NCBI GenBank assembly: GCA_965261085.1
Contig: OZ253442.1
Span: forward strand, 3,968,001 to 4,032,000
Direction: 5' to 3'
DNA: 64,000 bases
Origin: a bacterium
Lineage (GTDB): Bacteria > UBA8248
The position numbers were made by a program, and so were the translations under genes. Below, piece by piece: positions 19,491 through 28,910 of this stretch. A model generated the notes under the pieces. The model searched no databases. It had not been told where the DNA came from and worked only from the letters and a program-made list of their open reading frames with translations. Position 1 is the stretch's first letter. Each line of letters opens with the position of its first letter.

Positions 19491-19751
19491 TTAATCAGAT
19501 CCCTCCTCATCTTGTCCGTCTTCTTCTTGATTTTGACCAAAAAACCCGGGTGGCAGGAAGTTGGAATAATAAGAACGCCCATCGGATAAATAGAATCTAT
19601 AACCCTCTAGGTGGAAGTGTATTATACTTGTAATCTGAGATATTTGAATATATACGGTATCTTGGCTACTTATACCTGTAGTTCCTTTTATCCATCCATA
19701 CGGCGCACCATCAACTGGCTCAATTAATTCACGATTTATTCTTAGATCCAT
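19491..19751 (-). CDS. Hypothetical protein (AT-rich orphan)
   Basis: 86 aa ORF with purine-rich RBS and a candidate promoter upstream. Confidence 0.5.
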   Translation of the reverse strand: MDLRINRELIEPVDGAPYGWIKGTTGISSQDTVYIQISQITSIIHFHLEGYRFYLSDGRSYYSNFLPPGFFGQNQEEDGQDEEGSD

Positions 19752-19862
19752 TCTCTCTCTCCATTAACAGTGGGTTTTAAGAATCATACATATAATTTCC
19801 CAACCACAGATCTGCACTGATATCAACTTTCGACTAAACTAAACAATAATCTAATTTACTTT

Positions 19863-19891
19863 ACATTACTTTAATATAATGCAATTGTCAA
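19863..19891 (-). promoter_or_regulatory. Putative sigma70 promoter
   Basis: TTGACA-N17-TAATGT on the minus strand, upstream of 19751. Confidence 0.45.
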
Positions 19892-20196
19892 TAAGTTTCG
19901 GCTCCACCCAAAATATTCACCCCCTCGCCGATCACCCAGCGCACTCCCCCCTCACACGCGCGAGCCGGCGCACCGGCGGCTGCATGAAGTCACGTGTCCT
20001 ATGATTCGCGTACGAGAGGTTGCACTACACAAGAGACGTGGTGGAGAGGGAATATCAGCGAATCACGGGAGACGGCCCGTGCGCAAACCGGTGGGGCATT
20101 CCGTAAGCTATCGAAACACCTGTGGAAATTTTATGAGCGCTTAGGTCAAGTCGTAGGGTTTGAGGTCGTAATACCTTTATCGTCGATGCTCAACAA

Positions 20197-20481
20197 TCAA
20201 CTCCCATTGTTCCGCACACCGCGTTTATCTCTCTCGTCGTTGCCCTTGTGGGTCACATGGATGACCAGCACGATCAGGGCCTCATCTTGCACTTCGTATA
20301 CCACGCGGTAGTCGTCTACGCGTAGCCGCCTGAGCCCCCGCTCTTCTCCCTTGAGCGCATTGCCCAGCAAAGGGTGTTCCGCCAGCCGGTCAATGGCTTC
20401 TATGATCCGTGCGCGATCTGCTTTAGCGACACGCTCTAATTCCCTGGCTGCGCTGCGTTTAATCCGTATCGAGAAATTCAC
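20197..20481 (-). CDS. relE: RelE/ParE-family toxin with aberrant C-terminus
   Basis: A.RELERV, I.EAIDRLAEHP, LKG, RLRVDDYRVVY; the usual HR..VY ending is absent. Confidence 0.8.
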   Translation of the reverse strand: MNFSIRIKRSAARELERVAKADRARIIEAIDRLAEHPLLGNALKGEERGLRRLRVDDYRVVYEVQDEALIVLVIHVTHKGNDERDKRGVRNNGS

Positions 20482-20680
20482 GCTTTATTTGATCCCAATC
20501 GAGCATTGGATCGCTTGGATCACGCAACCGATCAACAGCCACCGAGAGATCATCGAATTCTTCGAGATAACGCTCGATCGCCTGACGGATTATTTCCGCT
20601 CGGCTACGCTTAAGCCGACTAGCTGCCTCGTCCAGCGCGTCGACTACCGCATCTGGCAAACGTGCGGTGATTTGTGTCAT
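20459..20680 (-). CDS. Ribbon-helix-helix (CopG/RelB-like) antitoxin
   Basis: ITARLPD.V..ALD.AA..LKRSRAEIIRQAIERYLE; overlaps the toxin start. Confidence 0.88.
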   Translation of the reverse strand: MTQITARLPDAVVDALDEAASRLKRSRAEIIRQAIERYLEEFDDLSVAVDRLRDPSDPMLDWDQIKREFLDTD

Positions 20681-20782
20681 CCTACCTCCAACGCAATATG
20701 AAGTCAAACACATTACATCTATGCGGTTCTCTAGTCAACAAGAAAATCCCACCACCCTACCATCCTACCACTCGTCCCTCCA

Positions 20783-22246
20783 TCAATATCCATCCTCCGC
20801 ATATCCGCCCGGAGTGGGCGTGGCGCCTGTTTTGGCCGTTTCGATGACGTGGGCGCGTCCGCCGAGGCGCTCGATGAGCGCCGCCTGATCGCGCTTGGCG
20901 CGCCTATCCACCTCTTCGGGGTCGAGGATTTCGAGCAGAGCGCTTTCGAGTTCATTGATGAACGGTTTGCTCTCGGGCTTGCCCGAGATGTCGTTTTGTT
21001 CTTCGGGGTCGTTCTCGAGGTCGTACAACTCGGGCGGATAGTCCACGTAGTGGATGTACTTCATCCGGCCTTTTCGGATGAGGTAGGCCGCCGTCTCGGC
21101 GCCCGAGGCGTGGTATTCACTGAAAACGACGCTTTCCGCGTCATAAGGCGCGCGCGCGATTCCGTAGAGCGAGCAGCCTGTGCGGGTTTGGTCCTCTTCA
21201 TCAGGCGCAACGCCCACCGATTCGAGGATGGTGGGATAGAAATCGAGAAGCGATACGGGTGTTTCAGCCACTGCGCCCGCTTCCAGGTCCGGCCCGGCCA
21301 TCATGAGCGGCACGGCGGCCGATTCCTGGTACATGGTGCCCTTGCCCCAGGTGCCTCTGGCTCCTAAGTTCTCGCCGTGATCGCTCGCGAAGAATACGCG
21401 GGTGGAATCCGCGAGACCCGAGCGCTCAAGGCTTTCCAGCACGCGGCCTACCTGATCGTCTAAAAACGTGCAAAGCCCAAAATATGAGGCGATGGCGACG
21501 CGCCTTTTTTCATCGTCGAAAAAGCTGTCCGAGGGCACGTATTTGCGGTACGCCTCTATCCACGGATGCCGGGGGCGGCCATCGAGCGCGTGGGCTTTCG
21601 GCATGGGCACGGAATCAGTCGGATACATGTCAAAATACGCTTGCGGCGCCATCAAGGGAAAATGAGGCGACACGAAGGAGACGAACGTCATCCAGGGTTT
21701 CCGTGGGTCTCCGTATTTTTGCGCGTCGTTCTCGAGCCACGCGCACGCCTTCTCGGTGATGTCCAGATCGTAATTCGAATAACTCGTCTCGCCCGGGCCG
21801 ATCTCGCGCGCGAGCTTATCCGCCTTCTGGACGATCAGCTCATCGCGGATGGAGCCCAGCACGCTGCCCACGCCGCCGTCGCGCGCGTGCATGGGCACGA
21901 TTTGCTCATCGAAACCGGTGGGGTCGGTGGGGTTCCTGTAGTGGAGTTTACCGATGGAAGTGACGCGGTGGCCCTCGGCCTGCAGTCGATGCCCCCAGCC
22001 GGCGGGAATTCCGGTGTAAGGGCTGGCGTTGTCCCAGTTGCCGATTTCATGCACGTAGCGGCCCGTGGCGAAGCTCGCCCGCGCGGCCGTGCAAATCGGG
22101 GAATTCGTATAAGCGCCCGTAAACCGCACGCCCGAGGCCGCCAGACGGTCGATGTTCGGCGTTTGCACCATCGGGTGTCCGTAGCATCCAAGTGTTCGTA
22201 CACTCAACTCATCCGCCATGATGATGAGCAAATTCATCGGTTTCAT
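20783..22246 (-). CDS. Sulfatase (choline-sulfatase-like)
   Basis: IMADE, TPNIDRLA, SPICTAARAS, GKLH, PHFP, SDHGE. Confidence 0.92.
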   Translation of the reverse strand: MKPMNLLIIMADELSVRTLGCYGHPMVQTPNIDRLAASGVRFTGAYTNSPICTAARASFATGRYVHEIGNWDNASPYTGIPAGWGHRLQAEGHRVTSIGKLHYRNPTDPTGFDEQIVPMHARDGGVGSVLGSIRDELIVQKADKLAREIGPGETSYSNYDLDITEKACAWLENDAQKYGDPRKPWMTFVSFVSPHFPLMAPQAYFDMYPTDSVPMPKAHALDGRPRHPWIEAYRKYVPSDSFFDDEKRRVAIASYFGLCTFLDDQVGRVLESLERSGLADSTRVFFASDHGENLGARGTWGKGTMYQESAAVPLMMAGPDLEAGAVAETPVSLLDFYPTILESVGVAPDEEDQTRTGCSLYGIARAPYDAESVVFSEYHASGAETAAYLIRKGRMKYIHYVDYPPELYDLENDPEEQNDISGKPESKPFINELESALLEILDPEEVDRRAKRDQAALIERLGGRAHVIETAKTGATPTPGGYAEDGY

Positions 22247-22398
22247 ACGAAAAGCTCTCTCCTGAAGGGAAATGTTGTGTCGAGAAATTCAGGGATGGCG
22301 GCGGAACTCAATGGTTTCATTCGGGTTTTGTTTGGTTCATTCACCAAAGACTACGCCGGTATGAAAACGATTTCAACACCGCCCCCTCACCAGAAGAC

Positions 22399-23274
22399 CT
22401 ACATGTGCGGCCACACCGGGTCGGTTCGGTTGTTCAAGGGACCCGAGGGGTGTTCTTCGAGATAATCGTAGATGTTGCCGAGCCCTCCCCTTCTCAGCAT
22501 GGTGAGCCTCTCGCCCAGGTGATCCATGCTGTTGAGGTCGGTCTCATACACTTCGAACACCTTATCCTGCACCTCCTCGCGGCTGAGTCCACCACTTTTC
22601 AGTACCCTGACCTTGTCGATCAACTCATGGAGCTTTTCCCGCTGGCGAGGTATCTCGCTTTTTTGACAAGGCCTCCCGTGCCCGGGCACGTACCAGTCCA
22701 CGTCCAGGGCTTCGAGCACGCCCAGGGACTGGAACCAGCCCCACACGTCGGCCGAATGGCACGCCACGTTGAAGGCGGGTGTGAGGTTGTCCGCCGTGAA
22801 TGCGACGCGGTCCTCCACCGCGTGGACGACGGTCTGCCCGCGCGTGTGACCGGGAGATTCGATGAGGATGAACGTCTTACCGCCCAGGCGAATCGTCATC
22901 CGCCCCTTGTAGGTAATGTCGGGGGGCCTGAGCTCGAAGCCCTCGAGCAGCGCCTCGTTTTCGGGGTCGTACTTGAGCATGCGTTCTTTGCCTTCTTCCG
23001 GCGTGGCGATGGAGGTGTAGAAATCCGCATAAGTTATCTCGCTCGAAATGATCCGCTCGGGCTCCAGGAACCAGTTCGCCGCAATATGATCCTGGTGATG
23101 CTCGGTGTTGATGAGATAGCGAAGCGGGCCCTTCTCCCGAATGAAGTCACGCCAGGCAATGGCTTCAGAAGGCCGCATGGGGCCGTCTATCGCGATGACG
23201 CCATCCTCAGTCACCACCATACCCACCGTGGGGTAGCAATCATAAAAAAAGACGTTTTCGCTCAACTGTTCCAA
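22399..23274 (-). CDS. MBL-fold metallo-hydrolase (cyclase-like)
   Basis: INTEHHQDH, PGHT, FTAD, VPGHG; TTG start after AGGAGG. Confidence 0.88.
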   Translation of the reverse strand: MEQLSENVFFYDCYPTVGMVVTEDGVIAIDGPMRPSEAIAWRDFIREKGPLRYLINTEHHQDHIAANWFLEPERIISSEITYADFYTSIATPEEGKERMLKYDPENEALLEGFELRPPDITYKGRMTIRLGGKTFILIESPGHTRGQTVVHAVEDRVAFTADNLTPAFNVACHSADVWGWFQSLGVLEALDVDWYVPGHGRPCQKSEIPRQREKLHELIDKVRVLKSGGLSREEVQDKVFEVYETDLNSMDHLGERLTMLRRGGLGNIYDYLEEHPSGPLNNRTDPVWPHM

Positions 23275-23315
23275 TCGTCCATCCTCCTGAACGGCATCCG
23301 GTAAGATAGCCTCAC

Positions 23316-24200
23316 TTAATCGCTCAAACCCGCCTCGCGGTCGAACCATTCGCGAATGACGCCCTGATCCAGAGCCCCAAGTCCCATATCCATCGCGCCC
23401 TGATACGCTCTTTGGACCGCATCCGCCACCGGCGTGGCGGCGGCGTTTGAGCGGGCGAACTGCTCAATGAGTCCCAAATCCTTGTGCATGAGGGCGAGTG
23501 CGAATTTTACGGGTTCATATTCTTTTTTTCTCAAGCCCCGGCCGCGCGTTTTCATCACGCGAAACACCGTGCTCGAATAGAGATATCCCATCATCTGGTC
23601 GGGGTCCAAGCCCGATTTCACCCCGAGGGTGAAGCCTTCCGCCAGAGCGCATAGCTGGGCGGAGACGAGATGGTTCGTGATGAGCTTCATCCTCAGCCCC
23701 GAACCGTTGGGGCCGAAATAATCGAGCAATTCACACGCGCTCTCCAGCACCGCGCGGTGTGCGTCCAGCACTTCCTTATCCCCTCCCACCATGAAGCCGA
23801 TTTTCGCATCGCGCGCGATAATGGCGTTACCGCTGATGGGGGCATCCAGAAAATGAAAACCGCGGCTCGCAGCTTCTTCGGCAACGGCGATGCTCTCCTC
23901 GGGCAGGATGGTGGAGAAATCAAAACAGACGGCCCCCTCCTTCGCTGTGAGCAACGCGCCCTTCTCGCCGAGATAGGCGTCACGCACGTGCTCGCCCCTG
24001 GGTACCGAGCTACAAACGTAGTCCGCCCCCCGGGCCGTCTCCGCAGGAGAATCGAAGACGGGGATGCCCGCCTCTCTCGCCGCCTCCTGCGCGGCAGGAC
24101 TCGGGTCGTAGCCTACGACCTCGTAGCCCGCCTTCAGCATATTGGCGGCGACGGCTCCGCCCATGTTGCCGAGCCCTAGAAATGCGATTCTCTTGGCCAC
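23316..24200 (-). CDS. 3-hydroxyisobutyrate-dehydrogenase-family NAD(P)-dependent oxidoreductase
   Basis: FLGLGNMG, LDAPISG, MVGGD, MKL.TN, KDLGL. Confidence 0.92.
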   Translation of the reverse strand: MAKRIAFLGLGNMGGAVAANMLKAGYEVVGYDPSPAAQEAAREAGIPVFDSPAETARGADYVCSSVPRGEHVRDAYLGEKGALLTAKEGAVCFDFSTILPEESIAVAEEAASRGFHFLDAPISGNAIIARDAKIGFMVGGDKEVLDAHRAVLESACELLDYFGPNGSGLRMKLITNHLVSAQLCALAEGFTLGVKSGLDPDQMMGYLYSSTVFRVMKTRGRGLRKKEYEPVKFALALMHKDLGLIEQFARSNAAATPVADAVQRAYQGAMDMGLGALDQGVIREWFDREAGLSD

Positions 24201-24212
24201 ATCCGCTCCTCC

Positions 24213-25298
24213 TCAAACGCCATATCGCCGTATGGCCTCTTCCGTGAATTCCACCCCGTGTCCGGGCGCATCGGGAACCTCCATGCAGCCGTCCACGACG
24301 GGGAAATCCTGCGTGAGGACGTCTGGAGGCAACAATTCCACGTACTCCACCATGTAGCCGCTCGGTGTTGCGGCGAGAAGGCTCACGGACACCTCCTGGA
24401 GCAGATGCGCGCACAACGAGAGATTGTAGGCTTCCGCCAGGTGGGCCGCCTTTCGAAACTCCGTCACGCCGCCGCAGCGGCCCACGTCGGGCTGCAGGTA
24501 AGCCGCCGCCCTTCTCTCGCAAATCTCCCGAAACCCCCAGCGCATGTATGCGTTTTCGCCCGCGGCGATGGGCACGGGACTCCTTTCGGCCACGTCCGCC
24601 ATATCGTCCACCGAATCGGCGAGCACCGGCTCCTCGAACCAGCGCACGTCGTATTCGGCGAGCATGGCTGCTACCTCCAAAGCCTCGCGCGGGTTGTACT
24701 TCTGGTTGGCGTCCGCAAACAAGACGACCGACTCGCCCACTTCTTTTCTCAAGAGGCGGATGCGCTCCTCATCCCGGTTGGTCCCCAGCTTCAGCTTGTA
24801 CGCGCCGATCCCTTTCTCCATGAAGCCCATACATTCATCCACCATCTCGGCATCCGTGAACGTGAGCCACCCTCCGCTGCCGTATACGGGAACCATATCC
24901 CTGAAACCGCCCAGGATCCGGCAAAGCGGCAACCCCGCCGCCTTGGCGAGCGCGTCCCAGCAAGCGGTATCCACCGCGGAGAGCGCCTGAACGCCCAGCC
25001 CGCCGCGCATTCTCGGCTTGTTCGGTCCCCACAGACGCTCCCAAAGCGCCTCGGGCGCAAGGGCATCCTGGCCCACCGCCAGCGGAGCCAGTTCTTTTTC
25101 GATGTAGGGAACGAGCGTCGTCGAGGTCTCCCCGCCCAGACCCATCACGAAGCCGCAGCCCGTCGGGCCGTTTTCGGTGTGGAGAAAGACCAACAGATAA
25201 TCGAGTTCCGACTTCGTGCTGTTGGCACTTCCTATCGGGCGGGCCAGGGGCACCTTGAGCGAATTCGCTTCTATTTTCGTGATTTTCAGTTCAGCCAT
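24213..25298 (-). CDS. Mandelate racemase/muconate lactonizing enzyme family protein
   Basis: KLK, DAN, FEEP, AGE, QPDVGRCGG, H, PGHG. Confidence 0.92.
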   Translation of the reverse strand: MAELKITKIEANSLKVPLARPIGSANSTKSELDYLLVFLHTENGPTGCGFVMGLGGETSTTLVPYIEKELAPLAVGQDALAPEALWERLWGPNKPRMRGGLGVQALSAVDTACWDALAKAAGLPLCRILGGFRDMVPVYGSGGWLTFTDAEMVDECMGFMEKGIGAYKLKLGTNRDEERIRLLRKEVGESVVLFADANQKYNPREALEVAAMLAEYDVRWFEEPVLADSVDDMADVAERSPVPIAAGENAYMRWGFREICERRAAAYLQPDVGRCGGVTEFRKAAHLAEAYNLSLCAHLLQEVSVSLLAATPSGYMVEYVELLPPDVLTQDFPVVDGCMEVPDAPGHGVEFTEEAIRRYGV

Positions 25299-25394
25299 GC
25301 GTCACAAGCCCACCAAATCATGCGCTCCAATACGACAAAGGCTGCGGAGGCATTCACGAACGCCTCCGCAGCCCCGGGAAACAAGTCGAAAAAC

Positions 25395-26405
25395 TTAGTT
25401 CATCTTCATGCTGGCCAGCGCCTTGGTGAGCGGGCCTCTCTCGATGCCCTCACCCCCTGCGAAATCGGGCAGGCGACGAATCTTGCGCCGGCCCTTTTGG
25501 ACCTTGGCCGTCGCGTTCAGCGCGTTGATGATGCGCGGGGTGATTTTATACAGAGGACGCACCACGTTGATGGAGCGTCTGGCGATGGAATAATCCACCT
25601 TGCGGCCCTTCGCAATCAGCCACTTGTGATAGACCTTGGCGAACTTGTCGGGGTCTTTCTTCCAAAGCTGCGCGGATTTGAGATAAGCCCGCAGGTACTT
25701 CACCACGCCGCCCGGGTTGCTCTTGAGCGTTCTGGGGTTGGCGAGTTCGATGAAGATCATCGCCGGCGGATTGTCGTATTTACAGTAATCCACGATGGGA
25801 CGGCCCCATTTCATGTCTATGAGGCGGAACGAGGTGGGCGCGCCGATGACCATCGCGGAAACCACCTTGGCCCTGAAGGCCGAGAGCCGCTCCGCCGTGG
25901 TGGTGTTCATGATCTTGATGTCGCCCGGCTTCATGCCGAACGCGGGCAGGATACCGTTATCAAAAACAAAATGGGTGGATGTGCCTTTTTTCTCGGCGAT
26001 TGTCTTGCCCTTGAGGTCGGCCATCGTCTTGATCGGGGAATCTATCGGCACCCATATGGACATCGATTTACACCACGAGGAACTGGCGGAAACCATCACC
26101 AGACCCGCCTTTTTGGCCACCCCGTCCACGAAGGGCCGCGTGGCGCCATGTCCCACGTCGAGACTGCGCGAGAGCAGCGCCTCGATGACGAGCTTGCCCT
26201 GCGCGAAAACTTTCACCTCCCAATTGCCTTTTCCGAATTCCTCATCGAAATAGCCCATCCCCATGGCGACCGCTGTAAAGGAGCCGAACGTCTGGCGGTG
26301 CATGCCGATGCGGAACTTGGCCGCCTCGGCGTCGGTCGTCGAGAAGCCGACTGGCACGAGGCTCAATGCGAGAATCAGACTTAAAAACCCGAACCACTTT
26401 CTCAT
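25395..26405 (-). CDS. ABC substrate-binding protein, SsuA/NMT1-like
   Basis: Signal peptide MRKWFG..., GYFDEEFG, SPIKTMADLKGKTIA..KGT. Confidence 0.88.
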   Translation of the reverse strand: MRKWFGFLSLILALSLVPVGFSTTDAEAAKFRIGMHRQTFGSFTAVAMGMGYFDEEFGKGNWEVKVFAQGKLVIEALLSRSLDVGHGATRPFVDGVAKKAGLVMVSASSSWCKSMSIWVPIDSPIKTMADLKGKTIAEKKGTSTHFVFDNGILPAFGMKPGDIKIMNTTTAERLSAFRAKVVSAMVIGAPTSFRLIDMKWGRPIVDYCKYDNPPAMIFIELANPRTLKSNPGGVVKYLRAYLKSAQLWKKDPDKFAKVYHKWLIAKGRKVDYSIARRSINVVRPLYKITPRIINALNATAKVQKGRRKIRRLPDFAGGEGIERGPLTKALASMKMN

Positions 26406-26595
26406 CTTGTTTCTCCTCTCGGAAAATGAAAATAGATAGCTTACCTCACGAAAAAGTGAGCGACTATTTTGAAACGGATGGGCAGAGTATGTCACAGGCG
26501 CGATTCCTTTGCATCAGGAGAAAATAAAATATCCCCTTTCAAGAACCCCTCCAGGGAGTTCAAACCACCAACGCTCTTCGGAGAAGACGCCGGAT

Positions 26596-27411
26596 TCAAA
26601 GCCGCATCAAATCCTCGCCGGCGACGATGGGACCTGCGAAATAAGGGGCTATCGCCTCCTTTACCTTTTAATCCGGTGCCAAAGGAGGGACGACGTGCGA
26701 GAAAACGAGCATCCCGACGCCGGCCTCTGTAGCTGTTTTCCCGACTTCTTCCGCCGTGGCGTGATGGGCCGCCACAATCTTCGCCGTGCCTCTGAATCCG
26801 CCGAAATTCTCGTCTATCAGCTCAGGTAGGCAGGGGTGCATCACCAAAACATCCGCCCCTCGCGCGAGTGGAACCAGCTTATCCGTGGGACTGCCGTCGC
26901 TCGCGATGACGATTTTTCTGCCCTCCGCCGTAAATGCGTAGGAGATGATCTGATCCACGTTGCCGTGGCGCGTACCCTTCTCCACATGGATACCGATGCC
27001 GTCCACCTCGAACGCATCGCCGGGCTCAAGAACGGACACTTCGATTCCGGTCCCGGCCCTGGGTTTTCCCTCGTTCGCCCTGAGATCGATGTCGTACTCG
27101 TAATAATGGAGCATCCGTTCGACCATCTCCTCAACAGGCGACGGGCCATAGACCTTCAGAGGCGTCGCCGCGCCCATGATCCAGCGCGAGATGAAGAACT
27201 CCCCGAAGCCCGTGTAGTGATCGGAGTGAAAATGCGTGAAAAACAGATGACCCACGTCACTCACGCGAAAACCCGACTTCGCGATTTGAGTCGCGGCATG
27301 GCGGGCGGCGTCCACCAGATAAAGTTTCCCGCCTTTGACGATGGCGTTGCACGGGCCGCTTTTTTGAGGAGTAGGCGGCGGCGCGCCCACGCCCAGGAGT
27401 ATGAGTTCCAA
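26596..27411 (-). pseudogene. RNase Z/AtsA-like MBL-fold hydrolase with a premature TAA
   Basis: LLG.GAP.P, THFHSDH, SDG, H.T, FSH; TAA at 26668-26670 is followed in frame by KVKEAIAPYFAGPIVAGEDLMRL. Confidence 0.75.
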
Positions 27412-27525
27412 AACGGGTTTCCTCCCCTTCACGAAAGTAGATATGTGTCTTGCCGGAATGGATTCTTGGGGGTATTCTTGCGCGAATATCCTCATTCACG
27501 TCAACCAAAAGAAAAAGAGGCCGCT

Positions 27526-28386
27526 ATGGATCGTCTGTCCGAACATCTATACGCAGAAACCGCCTATGATTGGGCGAACGTGGGCGCCGCAGTCACGGAA
27601 AGCGGCGTCGTGCTCTTCGACTCCCCGGTGCGGCCGAGCGATTCGCGCAAGTGGCAAGAAGAAGTCTCTTCTTTAAGTCCGCTGGGCGTGCGCTACCTCA
27701 TCGCCACCGATTATCACGGCGACCACACGACGGGCTCCTCCTTCATCAAGGGGGACGTCGCCCGCATCGCCCCTCAATACGTCTACGATGAAATATCGAA
27801 GGGCGATAACGCTTTCTCCAAGGAAATTTTCGTGAAAACGCTGAGAGACTTAGGCTTCGTCGAGGAGGCGGATGAAATCGAAAACACCGCCGTTCCGCTG
27901 CCTCAGTTTTGTTTTGAAGACAGTCTGATCCTGCATCTGCCGCCTCTCACGTTCGAGATTCACCGCAAGGGCGGCCACTCCCCCGCGTGCACTTCGGTTC
28001 TCGTGCCCGAGGAGGGCGTGCTCTTCTCCGGAGACGTCGTCATCAACGGCCCCTCGGCCGGCATGCGCGACGCCTACGTGCGCGAGTGGATAGAGGCGCT
28101 CACCTGGGTGGAGAATCTCGACATCGAGACCATCGTCCCCGGCCACGGCGATTTATGCGGCAAAGAGGTTGCCACGGAGCTCAAAGATCGCCTGAGCGGG
28201 ATGATGGAGATCATGGCAGAGGTCATCAGTTCCGGAAAACAGAAGGCGGAAGCCGTCGAAGATCCGAAATTCCTCCAGTATTTCCATGCCGACGAATCGC
28301 GCGGCGCATACTGGTTTCAGCAAAGGAAAGACACCTTCCGTGATGGTCTGGAGCGCCTGTTTGACGAGGTCGTCGCTGAGACCTAG
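27526..28386 (+). CDS. MBL-fold metallo-hydrolase (cyclase-like)
   Basis: ANVGAV, TDYHGDH, GGHS, FSGD, VPGHG; ATG after AGAGG. Confidence 0.88.
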   Translation: MDRLSEHLYAETAYDWANVGAAVTESGVVLFDSPVRPSDSRKWQEEVSSLSPLGVRYLIATDYHGDHTTGSSFIKGDVARIAPQYVYDEISKGDNAFSKEIFVKTLRDLGFVEEADEIENTAVPLPQFCFEDSLILHLPPLTFEIHRKGGHSPACTSVLVPEEGVLFSGDVVINGPSAGMRDAYVREWIEALTWVENLDIETIVPGHGDLCGKEVATELKDRLSGMMEIMAEVISSGKQKAEAVEDPKFLQYFHADESRGAYWFQQRKDTFRDGLERLFDEVVAET

Positions 28387-28423
28387 AGCAGACGAGGACT
28401 TCATCACCGAAAAGGAGACCTAG

Positions 28424-28849
28424 ATGAGAGTAGAAGAAAAGAAATTGGGCCGCATCTTCCGCGTCACGCTCGAGGACGGAGATAATTTCTATACGAATTT
28501 ATGCAACCTCGTGAAGGAGAAGAACATCCGGGCGGGTTCGGTTTTTCTCATTGGCGCTCTTTCAGAAACGGATATGATATCGGGCTTCAAGAGCATGGAC
28601 GGCTACGACGTCGACCGCTTGCACTTCGAGGGCTGGCGCGAACTCGTGGCTCTCGGAAACATCACCTGGCCGGACGCCCCACCCCTGGCCCTCGGCGACG
28701 TGAGTTGGGATGAACCCCAGCCCTACGTCCACGTGCACATGGCCATCAGCGGCGGCCCGGGCGAGCCGGAAAAGGTCCTGGCGGGACACCTGAGCGACGG
28801 CACCATCAAAGGCATGGTCGTCGAAATCTATGAGCACTTAGAAGCCTAG
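28424..28849 (+). CDS. PPC/DUF296-domain protein
   Basis: IGAL, E...LGNI, HVHMAI, GHL. Confidence 0.85.
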   Translation: MRVEEKKLGRIFRVTLEDGDNFYTNLCNLVKEKNIRAGSVFLIGALSETDMISGFKSMDGYDVDRLHFEGWRELVALGNITWPDAPPLALGDVSWDEPQPYVHVHMAISGGPGEPEKVLAGHLSDGTIKGMVVEIYEHLEA

Positions 28850-28910
28850 ATGCGTTCGTGATCCCCACCGGTTCATGGCGGCTTGAGAGTGTTTCCCACA
28901 GAATGGGACG

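Noticed and set aside
24258-26384. 708-aa plus-strand ORF
   Set aside because: Antisense to two motif-bearing genes; explained by codon bias, with no recognisable domain or RBS.
26836-27525. N-terminal 230 aa of the 516-aa ORF
   Set aside because: Antisense to the minus-strand MBL gene; the likely start is ATG 27526 with an RBS.
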